From the human T2T-CHM13v2.0 reference genome, Homo sapiens, in NCBI RefSeq assembly GCF_009914755.1, contig NC_060930.1: a stretch of 64,000 nucleotides of DNA; one strand, given 5' to 3'. The position numbers and the translations under genes are program-made. Within the stretch, counting starts at the first letter, position 1. Every line of letters starts with the position of its first letter. Under the pieces are notes generated by a model. The model was not told the origin of the DNA, did no database searches, and saw nothing but the letters and a program-made list of their open reading frames with translations. Below are positions 12,971-26,915 of the stretch, one piece after another.

Positions 12971-13492
12971 TGTGAGGGTTAATTTGATGTATGTCAACTT
13001 GACTGGGACACAGGGTACCTAGATATTTGGTTAAACATTTATCTGAGGGTGTCTGTGAGGGTGTTTCTGGGTAAATTACCATTTGAATTGGTGGACTGAG
13101 TAAAGCAGATTGCCCTCTCCATGTGGGTGGGCCTCATGGAATCCTTTGGAGGCCCGAACAGAACAAAAGGCTGGGTAAGGGAGAATTTGCCCACCCTGTC
13201 TGTTTTTGAGCTGGGCCATTGGACACCCACACACAGATTGGAACTTGCACCATCCGCTCTCCTGGTTCTCAGGCCTTTGCACTCAGACTGGAAGTACACT
13301 TTCCAGGGAAAGTGTACTGGAAGGAAGCTTTCCAGGGTCTCCAGCTTGCCAATGGGAGATCATGGGATTTGTCACCCTCCATAATTAGGGAACCAACTCC
13401 TTATAATAAAAAATCTCTCTCTTTTTGGATAGAAAGATAGATATCTAGATAGCAGATTGGTTCTGTTTCTCTGGGGAACTCTGACTAATACA
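12971..13492 (+). mobile_element. MLT2 (ERVL) solo LTR, MLT2B/C-like
   Basis: Begins tgtgagggttaattt...gtcaacttgactggg and ends ggttctgtttctctg...gactaataca. Imperfect TSD TTCTT/TTTTT. Confidence 0.9.
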
Positions 13493-14049
13493 TTTTTACT
13501 GTGATTGAAACCTATTTCTCCTTCTGTTATTCAATCCTTTATAAAGAAGAACAATTTGCTAGTAACCTCATTATAAAACTCTTCATATTCTTGAAGATAA
13601 ATTGTGTATATTGTTTTTAAACCACAAGCCTCTAAACCAGAAAAAATATTAAGATAAGATTTTGACTAATATTTAAATTGTGCCCTGTGGTTAGGATGAT
13701 GCGATTTGCTTTTAGTTAGAATTAATCATATTGTGCCAATAAATGCCCCTCTTGCTGGGTTAGTTTCCCCAGCATTTGATTCTCATCCATCTGACCTATA
13801 TTGTCGGTAGCTCTCCGACCAGCACGTGAGTATGAGCCTCCCCTGCCTCCCTTGCTTTCAATATCAATATTGTGTCTTCAAACAGGAAGTGGATTTCATG
13901 CTCACTTGCTGCTTTCCAATACTAGTCCTAAAGTCTCAGGTCTTTAATTATGACCAGACCTTTTTCTTGCAGATAGGAAAGACATTGAATTTTACTATTC
14001 TGTTAATCAACTGCATAACATTATGGAACTATTATTATTGTTTAAGGAA

Positions 14050-14650
14050 ATTCTTGTTAGTATAGAAGATTTGTAATAAGAAAGTAAAAATTACGGAATT
14101 ACTTATTTGAGATAATTACGGCTAAAATTTTTAATGTATTTCTTTTCAAGATTTTTCTATGTACATGGTTTATCTTAAAGTGATTAATATTGTTTTAGGC
14201 TCCTTCAATATATCAAAGTATTTGTTTTTCCATGCAAATTAAATATTTTAGAAAACATCATTTTTAATGGCAGTGTAATATTTCATTTACTTAAAAATTT
14301 CTTTATTGTTAAACTCTTCAATTCCTTTCATTTTTTAAATCATTTGTGGAGTTACAGGATTAAAGAATATAAAGCTCTTTTGTCCTCCTTAATATCAACA
14401 AATTTGTTTTGAGAAATGTTGCACAATTTATTCTTCCACACGATGTATACATATATAGAGGCTGTTTTGTCACACCCTTGCAAGCACTTAATAAAAATAA
14501 ATAATCTTTTAAAGATAATTTCTATTTCTAGTTTTAGAAATGAAAATGTTATCTTTCTGTGTATTTCTTTAATTGCTGGAGAGATAGAATAACTTTTCAA
14601 ATACTGGTCATTTTTACTATTCTATAAATTTTGGATTCATGTTTTTAGAA
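14050..14650 (-). mobile_element. Old L1M (L1ME-like) 3' fragment
   Basis: T-rich degenerate antisense L1 3' motifs. Boundaries are approximate. Confidence 0.5.
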
Positions 14651-14651
14651 A

Positions 14652-15170
14652 ATTTTTCTATTCATGCTTTTATGTTTTGACTTATCTATTTGTTGATTAT
14701 TTGTGTGCCTACATCTATATATCTCATATATACACATATGTAATGTTTATATATATACGTATTAAGTCCCCCAACTGTTTTTTTTTTGTATTTTTATTGC
14801 TTTTATTCTTATTATAAAAGTAATACATACTATCTTAAAAAGTGTGAACAGTATAAAAATATACAAATGAGAAAGAGAGTCTCATGTAATCTCACTTGCA
14901 AGAGGCAACCACTGATAACAGTTTGGGGCACATTGACCCAAACTTTTATTTCCTAACAGTGTTAAATGTTGGTGGCTTCCAGCTTCATCCATGTCTTTGC
15001 AAAGGATTTTTCTATTCATGCTTTTATGTTTGCTTTTCTGTTTTGACTTATCTATTTGTTGATTATTTGTGTGCACACATCTACATATCACATGTATATA
15101 CACATATGTAATGTTTACATACATATATGTGTGTGTGTATATATATATGTATTAATTCCCTTACCTGTTT
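14652..15170 (+). repeat. Direct repeat pair (14652-14780 / 15006-15170) flanking a ~230-bp poly(T)-headed insert
   Basis: Both copies read atttttctattcatgcttttatgttt...gacttatctatttgttgattatttgtgtgc...tacacatatgtaatgttta...gtattaa.tccc. Confidence 0.9.
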
Positions 15171-15529
15171 GTACTGGCATTTTTTTTGAGAAATTGACGG
15201 TCCTCATTTATATGAAGTACATTTTATCATCTTTTTCCTTTGTGAGTGTTTCCATTGGTTTCATGTTTAAAAAGGCCTTTCTTGGCAGTTTTTCATTTTA
15301 CTGGCACACTTGTTATATACTTTTCACTGTTGATCACAGGCTGGACACTCCCCAAGATCAAGGACATTAATTTACTTATTTATGTATCCCCAGTACTCAT
15401 TGGACTAGCAGAATGCCTGGATAAATACTAATATATAATTACATTTTTGTAAAAAGCCAAAAGCATTGCCATGGCATTTTCCTCTAGTTTTTGAAGAATG
15501 GATAGAATTTCATTATTTAATAATTAAAT

Positions 15530-15821
15530 GGCCGGTGCGGTGGCTCACATCTGTAATCCCAGCACTTTGGGAGGCCGAGGCAGGCAGATCACCTGAGGTC
15601 AGGAGTTCGAGATCAGCCTGGCCAACATGGCAAAACCCCATCTCTACTAAAAATACAAAAATTAGCTGGGTGTGGTGGCAGGTGCCTGTAATCCCAGGTA
15701 CTTGGGATGCTGAGGCAGGAGAAACGCTTGAACCTGGGAGGTGGAGGTTGCTGTGAGCTGAGATCGCCATTGCACTCCAGCCTAGGTGACAAAGCAAGAC
15801 TTTGTCAAAAAAAAAAAAAAA
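15530..15821 (+). mobile_element. AluS (Sx/Sq-like)
   Basis: Full dimeric Alu with an A-tail and TSD aataattaaat/aagaattaaat. Confidence 0.97.
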
Positions 15822-16052
15822 GAATTAAATAGGGTCATTGAAAAGCTATAATAATCAGAAGGAAAGTAATAGATAGAGGTTTACTAATATTTTGTTGAAT
15901 GGCTAAATAAAAGATAAACTAAATTGTAGAAAAATCAGAATAAATATACTTTGAGTAAATAGTTTTTATTGTTTTCCGAATTTTAATATAATTAACTGAA
16001 AGTGATTTATAAACTGTAATTATTTACAATATGTAGATTTGTATTACGGTAA

Positions 16053-16565
16053 TGTGTTGGGGGCAGAATTCTGAGATGACCTTCAAGACCCATCCCTCCT
16101 TACCTCTTGCCCCCTACCTGCCCCCTGCCTCCTTGTCCTGTATCATCTCCCTCTCTTCAGTGTGGAAAAGACCTGTGAATATGATAGCTGTCACTCTCAT
16201 GATTAGATTACATTATATGGCCATGATGAAAGAATTTTTCAGATGGAATCAGGTCCTTAAGCAGTTTAAAAGAAGACAGGCTTTCGTTGAGATGAGACAT
16301 TCCATCTCCTTTACGCCTTGAAGAAAAAAGCCAATATGAGCTCTAGAGCTGCAAAGAAATGTATTCTACCAACACCATGTCAACTCGGAAGAGGATCCTC
16401 CACCTCAGATGGGGCCACAACGCTGAACAACACCTAAATTACAGCCATGGGAGATCCTAAGCAGAGGATCCAGATAAGACACGCTCAGACTTCCAGTCCT
16501 TGGAAACTGAGATAAGCCAGCCAGCAAGTTTCGTAATTCTTATGCAGAAATAGAAAACAAATACA
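16053..16565 (+). mobile_element. MLT1E-like MaLR solo LTR
   Basis: ggcagaattctgagatg...gacctgtgaatatgat...gattagattacattatatggc...aatagaaaacaaataca. Confidence 0.8.
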
Positions 16566-16657
16566 CTTGGAAATATCTATCATGTGCACTAGAAATTTTG
16601 TAAACCTTTTATCCAAGAGTTTGACTTCAAATATAACCTAAAGATTTACGATTTCTA

Positions 16658-17128
<471 letters not shown>

Positions 17129-18499
17129 TTAAAAAACAATAGATGCTGGTGAGGAGAAATGGGAATGCTTATACACTGTTGGTGGGAACATAAATTACTC
17201 CAGTCACTGTGGAAAGCAGTCCAGAGATTTATCAAAGAACTTAAAACAGAGCTGCCATTCAACCCAGCAATTCCATTACAGAATATATATCCAAGAGAAA
17301 ATAAATCATTCTACCAAGAAGATACGTGCACTTGCATGCTCATCGCTGTGCTATTCACAATAGCAAAAACATGGAATCAACCCAGGTGCCCATCAATGCT
17401 AGATAGGATACAGAAAATGTTGTACATGTATGCCATGGAATACTATGCAGCCATAAAAAAGAAGAAAAAATCATGTCGTTTGCAGCAACATGGATAGAGC
17501 TAGAGGCCATTATCCTAAGCAAATTAATGTAGAAACAGAAAACCAAATACCCACATGTTCTCACTTACAAATGGGAGCTAAACATTGAACACACATGGAT
17601 ATAAACATGCTCAGAAAATTTGAGCACACGTGGATATAAATATGGGAACAATAGACACTGCGGACTACTAGAGGGTGGGGGAAGTAGATTAAAAAACTAC
17701 CTTTTGGGTACTATGTTCATTACCAGGGTGACAGGCTGTGCACTTCAAACCTCAGCATCTGCACATATATCCCCTGTATCTAAAATAAAAGTTGACCTTA
17801 AAAAAATAATTCAATAGAAGCACAATAGTTAAATACTGGGCTTTAGGACTAGAGATAGTATATTGATATATGTATCTGTTGCCTCTTCTTTCCCAGACTC
17901 CACTGCAGAAAATAGATGAAGTTTAACACAGAAAAATAGATAGAATGTCATTGGAAAATAATTGCAAAAAAATTTGGAAAATAGAAAACAAAGAAAGCAT
18001 CTTGAGAGACAACCAAGAGGGTCACAGGTGTCAATGTACTAGGTTCTGAAGAACCCTGGCTTTTCCAGTAGCTTCTCTGGATGCTAGAAGTCAAGCAATT
18101 AATACCTTCAACAGTTGAATAAAAGACGTTTTCTATATGGAATTGTATGTTTGACCAAAATACATAGAAAGGCAAAATAAGCAGTTTAGACATCAGATGA
18201 CCCTTTCTTACATAGCAACTGGACAATGTGCTATAGCAAAATGAAAGAGTTAAAAAGAAAAAGCAAGTTATAGTCATTAGAGGACAGTGAACTCCAGGAG
18301 AGAGATGAGAAGTAGACTCAAGTAGCAGCTTTGCAAGAGACCTAGAGAGAAACCAGTCCAGACAGAAACCCCAGAATGGAGGGCTGTAGAAGCAAAGCCT
18401 GCAGGAGAAAACAAAGGAGTAAGACTTGTTAGAAAAGATAATATTATGGATTATTTGGAATAAAAGAACTATGTATGTGTACCAAATCATGTAAGTGAA

Positions 18500-18940
18500 A
18501 GAAATATAACATTTATTGGTTAGAGGATTGATTATATAAGTTATGGTAAATCCATGACATAGAATACTATGCATCCCTTAAGAAAAATGAAACACATCTA
18601 TATGCATTGATATGGAACATATCCAAAATACATTATTGATTGAAAAGACAAGGTAAGAAACAGTACATATTTTAAGCATCCATTACTGGTTTTTAAAAGA
18701 TGGATACACAAACTTCCATTATTAACTTCTATATGCAAAGACTAACTCTGGAAGGGTATGCAGTAATTTGGTAATAATCGCTGTGGTTAGGGGAAATGGA
18801 GAACTGAGGAAGGAGGGATGGGAGGAAGGCTTCCTTCACCTGCAGACTTTTAAAAATCATTTGTTTATCATGTACATGTATTGCCTATTCTAAACAACCT
18901 GAATTTTTCACCATGCATATATATAATCTATTCAAATTAA
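18500..18940 (+). mobile_element. Old L1ME-like 3' end
   Basis: ttatggtaaatccat...gaatactatgca...gatatggaa motifs of old L1M 3' ends. Confidence 0.6.
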
Positions 18941-18989
18941 TGCACCCTCACCCCATCTGGTCCTTTCAATTTCACTTACTCAGCTCCAC

Positions 18990-19185
18990 TTTTTCTTTTT
19001 TTTCCATAGGACTAACATTCTAACTTATTTTATAACTTATTTATGAGTTATATTTTTATTCGTTCCTTATATCCTACTGCTAGAGTATAAATCCCAGAGA
19101 GTTTGGACTGCTTTGCTCTTCATCCCAACCACCTAGAGTGGAACTTGGCACACGCGGAGTAATCTGTAAATATTTGCTGAATAAG
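18990..19185 (+). mobile_element. L2 3' end
   Basis: ctagagtataaatccc...cacctagag...tggcacac...taaatatttgctgaat. Confidence 0.7.
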
Positions 19186-20294
19186 CATTTAACAAATATT
19201 TACAGAAAAAGGAGAGACAACATTGCAATATTGGTATTGTACACACATAGGTAGTGATAATGGTTTTGAGAGGAAGAGTTTGGTAACAGTGGGAATGGGA
19301 AATAAGTCTGTATTTCCCTATTAGGTATAAAATTTAAAGGGAAAGAGATACTATAACTCTCTAGAAACAGAAATAGAGATGTCTTGCAAGAGGGAAGTGG
19401 TAACTGAGCAGAAAGCCTTCAGCTGGCACTCAAAGCAGACATGAAAGACCCCTATAGCAATGAGCTCCATGAATGAACTGACAAGAGTAAATGAGAAAAA
19501 AATTAATAAACACACGGTGTATTTTAATATTAAAATGATACAACAGAAAACGATATTGTAGATTCTCTGTAAATTATAAGTAAAAAAGCATATAACAAAA
19601 TAGAATTTCTTGTTGTATTTTTAAATTCAAGTTTTAGAAGTGTAGTCATGTATAGATAAAATATAGGGAGATATTATATACACAAAATAGCAACAGTGGT
19701 TATATCTAGGCAATAACATACTTTTAATTTTCTTCATATTACAGTGTTTTCACTATGAGACAAAGATTGTAAAAATTGATATTTCTTTCCCTATAACATG
19801 GGTGGAAATAAATGTTTATATTTATTTTAAAAGCAGATTAATTAAAATGCCTATTTTTGTAACCACGATTTTAGTCTTTGTCTTACAATATTTTAAAAAT
19901 ATATAAGTATACAACATACTTGAAGACCTATGCTTTTAATATTACTAGAATCTTTGAATATCAAACCATGCATTTACTGTGGTTGAGAACACCAGACAAA
20001 TGGAAAACAATTGCTGAAAACAACGTATTAAGTGTATGTGACAGTAGAATAGTATAGATATGTCAGATTTTTCAGCAAGGAAAGATCACTGTTGCCTAGA
20101 GGAATATAGTAACCTTGAGGAATGGGTAATAATTATAGGAAGAGAAAATAATTTATCAAGTGGGAAAATGGCCATGAGTAAAAGTACAGAGTGAGTTAGG
20201 GGATCCTTTTACTCTTAGATCAGAGACGTGGATGATAATGGTAGAATAGTTTTAAATTTTCAGAGTGGTTTTGTGTCAGATGTAACATAAGCAG

Positions 20295-20505
20295 GGTGAA
20301 GTGATGGAGAGCAAGGGCTTTGGAGACAGATTAGTTTTCAAATCCTGGTTCCACCATGACATGATGTGGCCGAGAGAAAGCCAGCTTTGAAGTCAATTAA
20401 CCCTACAGGGAGGGTTGCTATGAGAGAGTTCAAGGAGGGAACGTGGGGAATCACCCAACCCTGTTTCTGGCACACCACGGTTGTTGAATAGCAGTCAGTT
20501 CCTTG
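20295..20505 (+). mobile_element. MIR SINE relic
   Basis: gagcaagggctttggagacaga...ttcaaatcctggttccacca; agggttgctatgag. Confidence 0.6.
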
Positions 20506-20559
20506 CCTCTCCCACCCTCCCACTCTCACAACATCCATGTGGAGGAGACAGGAAGAATT

Positions 20560-20690
20560 ATCAGCCTCCTTTTATAAGAGGACAAACCGAGTCCCAAAGA
20601 TGTTAACTTATTTACAATCACTGACGCTAATAAGCAGTGGACCAAGATCATCTGACTTTCAGCTCAGTGACAGTGACTCTCCATAATGAC
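20560..20690 (-). mobile_element. MIR SINE relic
   Basis: ttttataagaggacaaaccgag...gatgttaactta, the antisense core. Confidence 0.5.
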
Positions 20691-22436
20691 TAAATCTCTA
20701 CATGAACACCAAGAGAATCATTATGTGGGATTTTAGTTTTAGTTGAGGTCAGTTGTTTCATTCTCACAGGGCTTCATACAATGTGATATGTTATTTTCTT
20801 TGATGGATTTATCATGATCCAAAGTCTGTTCTTCAACTTTGTAGGTTCATGAACATGATTTTCAGGGCACACAGAGTATATTAGCCTTTCTGGAATAAAC
20901 TCACATTAATTAATTTCACAAAGGAATTTCCTTGAGAAGACTCTTTCTTAAATATCTCTGCAAACCTAGATAGGATCTAGAATGAAACAGTCAGTACACT
21001 TCATAAAACCAGAATGCTAATTTATAAATTTATCCTACAAATATAAATGTCTAAAGTCCTAGATACTTGAGCTCCTTGAAAGAAAAAAAATCAAACATAT
21101 AAAACCAAATAGGACTCTGAGCACACCATGCAGGGCAAAGAACATTGCCTGGAATTTCTGTCCTGCATAGCCCCACACACTTTCTCCTACTTAAGAATGG
21201 CTTTGCATATTCACCTTGTCTTCATTTTATGGTTTAACTTTCAAATGGCATCTTTTTTTGGAATATCTATGGTGTGTTGTGCTGTCTGACCTCAGTCCGA
21301 TGCAGTGATTTCAACCTTTTTACCCTAGAAAGCAAACAGTGGGTGACATTCGCTCACCAGGATCTTATTTATAAAGCCTTCCGTTCTCTCTCACTCAGAA
21401 AAGGATATCAGAAAGCAGATAAGTGGGAGTGATAGTTCAGGATAACCTTGACTTCTAACTCACAAACAAAAGTAAATCATTTGCTAACTTTGAACTATTA
21501 ATAGTAACAAATTACTTGCAACAGAGCTCAGGACAGATTGTGAGGCACCCTTGGATCTTGACCTCTGCGCCTAGTGGAGAAAATAAGTGGTTGTTTGCAT
21601 CTCTTAAATTTCTCATATTGAAAAGAATAGTAACACACATAGCACATAAGCAATTTGTAATTTGACTTTATGACGGAGAAAGCAAATTTTATACCATGAG
21701 GAAGACTTCTGTCCTTAAACTTTTAAAGAAAGCAAGAACTGCATCGACTCTTTGCTAGTGGGCCATTTTGTCTATGCCTATAAAGGAAAAAGAGAGGCAT
21801 ATAGATTATTATTTAAAAAGATCATGAGTCTATTTATCTTAAAAAATAAAAAGAATAAAGAAAAGATAAAAAAAGAAAAGGAAAAAAGAAAATAAATAAG
21901 CTCTAAATTCCTAGGTTCCTTAGGCTTTAAGAAGACTAAATATAAACCCATAGCTTACTTTTTTTCCATTAAGTAAAGAACTTCTAATTCTAGCACAAGT
22001 TCGAGCTATGATGATTTAACTTTAAGCAGCACTTTGTGCTTTCTCATCCTCTTCTTGTATTTGTGGGTCAAAAGAGAAGTCAGTAGGGACTTGTATTTCC
22101 TGTCTCATCTTTTCCTTCCTCCTTTCTTAAAACATTGTGGGAAATCAACTTTATAAAACACTGAGGAGAGCCATGTCCATTAACTTCTGAAATGTCTGCC
22201 ATAATTCTTTTCTATTTCCAAGTAGACTTTTCTCCCAGGGCATAGATCAGGATGAATTGTAGTATATATGGGATGTATCACTATATGAAATATTTCATTA
22301 TCTTTCTCTTACTTGAGTGTTACTGTTTATAATATTCTGATCTATTTATAATCATTTCTTTGCTACTGTCTGTTTGCTCTCCATTCCCTAACACATTGAT
22401 AATTCCTTTGAGAGGAAATTTAGGTGAGATTTGTTT

Positions 22437-22774
<338 letters not shown>

Positions 22775-23209
22775 TGAGATTTGTTTCCTAAACCTCATCA
22801 CTCTAGGTATCTGCATCTGTACCTTCTGCAGTTTCCTTTTTCTTTTTGAAATGTAAAATATTTTATTTTGAATAAGGAATCTTTTCAGTCAAGAATGCAA
22901 ACATTAAAATTTCTTTTCATCTCAAGCACACAGTATAAGATTTTTGCCTGTGAAGTAGTGGGGATCCTTGGCCTTTTCATCCCCTTCAAGGTTGATTCTT
23001 CTACTCCAGAGTCTGGGCAGATGTGGATGGCTGAGGGGTGCCATTCCCTCATGGATATTTCTAATAGTTAATGGAATAAATTGTGTCTTGCTAGGATTTT
23101 CTGGAACAGACACTAAAGAATAGGAAGGAATGTTTCATTAGGTAAGACCAATTATATGTTTCTCTTTGATAGAGTAAAAAAGGTAATAATACATAACTGA
23201 AAAGGCTGA

Positions 23210-23522
<313 letters not shown>

Positions 23523-24518
23523 AAGGCTGAGGATTTTAATGACATTTTCCTCTTCATTATATTCTGTATTTTTTCTTTTTTAAATAGGTAAGTGTTCCCT
23601 GACATGAATGAATAGAAAATCAAGGAAAAATTAAGAGGAAAAATCATGGAAGGCACATGATGGACCAGGTTCATTTCTGCAAGGCAGGGTGAGAAGGTCT
23701 ACATCTTCAGATGCTTAGGAGAAATACGACTCCATATGTAAAGTCCACCAAGGTGCTCAGTGAACAAAAGCTGCACCTATTGCTTAAGAAGAAGAAAAGA
23801 ATACTGAGGTTATGAGTTTCTTTTATGATAGTTATTGTTTTACATGACTTTTTTTTTCCTCCGTTTCTAAGATATGAGAAATATATGACCTTAGAGTTCA
23901 AAGTAACCAAAGAAATTATTTAACCATTCAACTCAGCACTTGCTACCAGAGTTTCCCTGATAGAGACATCACCATGACTTTAATTTAGCCTAAGGATGGT
24001 TCTAATGAACTTGCACAGATTTGTAGGCAGCATCTGTGAAGACGAAATTTAACACCACACTAACCCTAAGCCATAACTGTTTCTAACACTGTGGCAGTTT
24101 TACTAGAAAGGTGGGGACCTTGAGGCCAATCAGTTCCTTCCCTGGCTCTCATCCAAGTCAAGTTCATGCGTTAATCCAAATGTAACATATCTGACTACCA
24201 ATCCTTGTTTTTCCAGTTATCTTGATCCTCCCTCTTGACTCTTCCCCTTGACTCTGCATGCAACTGCTCCTAAACATTTTTGCCCTCTGCCATCTTAAAT
24301 CTCTGCTCTTTCACAAATAAATGGATCTCCTACCTCTACTCTTCAGATGGTACTCTCTCCTTACCCATTCTTACAAAACTCTGGCTTTCCCTCAAGGCCG
24401 CTGTTTCTATTACAGCTGTTTTCAGGGACAACTGCTTCTTCTCCCATACCCCATCCCTTTGTGGCCTCTTTGTGATGCTTATGACATGAAGAAAGCTGAT
24501 CCAGTTGTAATACAGTAG

Positions 24519-25034
<516 letters not shown>

Positions 25035-25389
25035 ATCTTCCAATATTTCTACAAAAGCCAGAAATTCAAGTTTTATTGGTGATATATCTCTTTTTTAAAT
25101 ATTGACAACTAACTTAAAATGAATGAACGCTATGGAATAAAGTTATCTTTAGATTAGATATGCTGTGTTGCATGCAAGCTTGTAAACTTTATTCTACTCT
25201 TTCTTTAGCAACTCTCAGTATATTTTTTGTCTATATACCAAACCCTTCCTCTTTTGAGAATTATGAAATCTGGCTTTATTAACCTCATTTATAATCTTGA
25301 CACATGGAACGGTCATCTAACTACCTGCAGTTTTTGACTCCATTCATCTCATTCTTCACTTGGCATGCCATTTCCTTTCTTCTATAGCT

Positions 25390-25611
25390 AGCATTAGAAA
25401 ACTTTTTTCTGTAAAAGTCCAAGAGTAAATATTTTTGATTTTGTGGTCTATAAGATATATCACAAAAATTCCACTGTGCCATAGTAGCATGAAAACAGTC
25501 ACTGGCAATATAAAAATTAATGAGTGTAGCTATGTTCCAATAAAACTTTATTTATAAAAACAGTTGGTGGGCTGGATATGTCTGTGGGTTATATATAGTT
25601 TGCTGACCCTT
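25390..25611 (-). mobile_element. MER58A (hAT-Charlie MITE)
   Basis: aaacttttttctgtaaa...gtaaatattt...gttccaataaaactttatttataaaaaca...tagtttgctgaccc matches the recalled consensus in reverse. Confidence 0.85.
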
Positions 25612-25734
25612 AACCTGAAGGATGAAGGAGTTCCTTAGTATGGAATATAAAAGCCGACATGATTTGTCTCCTGTCTACTTGAAATTTTCAGTTTTATCTC
25701 CCATTTCTGTTCCTGTGAGTTAACCAGCCATGAT

Positions 25735-25990
25735 AATAAATCACAATTATCATTTATTTAGCACTTTCTATAATGTAGGTACTGTACTAAACTTTTAATC
25801 CATGCCATATTAAGTTGTTTAATGAGAACAAAAGATAGGAGCTAGACACCTTAATTTTATAGATGAGCAAATTGAGCCACAGGGAGATTAATTTATTTGT
25901 CCAAGATCACACAGACAATAAGTAGGAAAGCTAGAATTTGAACCCAGACAGTATAGTTTCAGTTTCATGCTCTTAACCATTATATTGTCC
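25735..25990 (-). mobile_element. MIR SINE, near full length
   Basis: tttatagatgagcaaattgagcc...tgtccaagatcacacag...gaatttgaacccag...tgctcttaacca. Confidence 0.85.
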
Positions 25991-25994
25991 AGTC

Positions 25995-26365
25995 TCTCTG
26001 AGGTCTTCCCCTAATCCTTGTGATGAAGAAGATCACACCATTCTCTTCTGCACATACTGCATACTGTCTCCTATCTTTGGTATTCCCCCTTCCACATCTG
26101 CCTAGAAAAATTAGATCAACTACTTCTTCTGTTGGCAACTCTTCTGTGGCTTCACATCTCCACACTGACAAAGTTTTGATGCTCCTCGTTCTGTGCATAA
26201 TAAAGAGTTATTTCTGCATATACTTATTTCTGCACTAAAAAAGTCAGTAGTCGTCTGCTTTTGGAATTAGTGGTCTTTTTAGAGATCAGTTTATGTCTTA
26301 TTTATCTTTACATAGTTCCTGGCACAGTAGGCACTCAATAATTGCTTGCTGAATTGAATTGAATG
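25995..26365 (+). mobile_element. L2 3' end
   Basis: Ends cctggcacagtaggcactcaataa...gctgaattgaattgaat. Further L2-like sequence flanks MER58A. Confidence 0.7.
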
Positions 26366-26439
26366 GGTAATTTATCCTAGGGTTTTTACTGTTTCTGATG
26401 TATCAATTGGTTCTTTTTTTGGTGGAGATAGGATTAGAG

Positions 26440-26915
26440 TCTTGATTTGAGTTTTCTCAGAAATCAATCTTGAAACATAGATTCATGTGCAAGTAACTTA
26501 CTTGAGAAGAGAAGAAAACAATGGTAGGAGAATGGGGAAGTGAAATAATGAAGGAAAAGCAGCCAACAAAATATGCATTATCAAGGCACCTACCAGTGTG
26601 GTCCACTTGAGCTTGATCCCACTGGGCAAGCTCTGAAAGTTAGTTTAGAGCAATACTTTAGAGTTGTTCTACCCAAGGGGTAAGGTTGGTGGGGTTTTTA
26701 TATACCAATTATTTGCATTAATTGGTCAAAGCCTATTCCCGGGGAAGTTAATATTCAAGCATATACAGAATGCTGCACAGGTGGGCAAAAGGTTGGCTAA
26801 AGAAAAAGTCCTTAGGCGAAGAAAGCAGGTGCTGGTAGCTGCAAGTCCGGCCAGTGTGCACTGATCGGGTGAGGGCTAGTGTATATGGGCAGGGTGCCCA
26901 CAGCATCTGTTTCCA
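26440..26915 (-). mobile_element. ERVL LTR relic (LTR16/LTR33-like)
   Basis: ttctcagaaatcaatcttgaaacatagattcatgtgcaag start and gtgcccacagcatctg end resemble antisense LTR16/33. Confidence 0.55.

Noticed and set aside
17948-18574. Longest ORF (208 aa, minus strand)
   Set aside because: F/L/S/I-rich translation antisense to purine-rich, old L1-like DNA. No recognisable domain or exon context.
21560-21580. CTCF-like CCACTAG motif (minus strand)
   Set aside because: Only half of the core matches; the GGC portion is absent.
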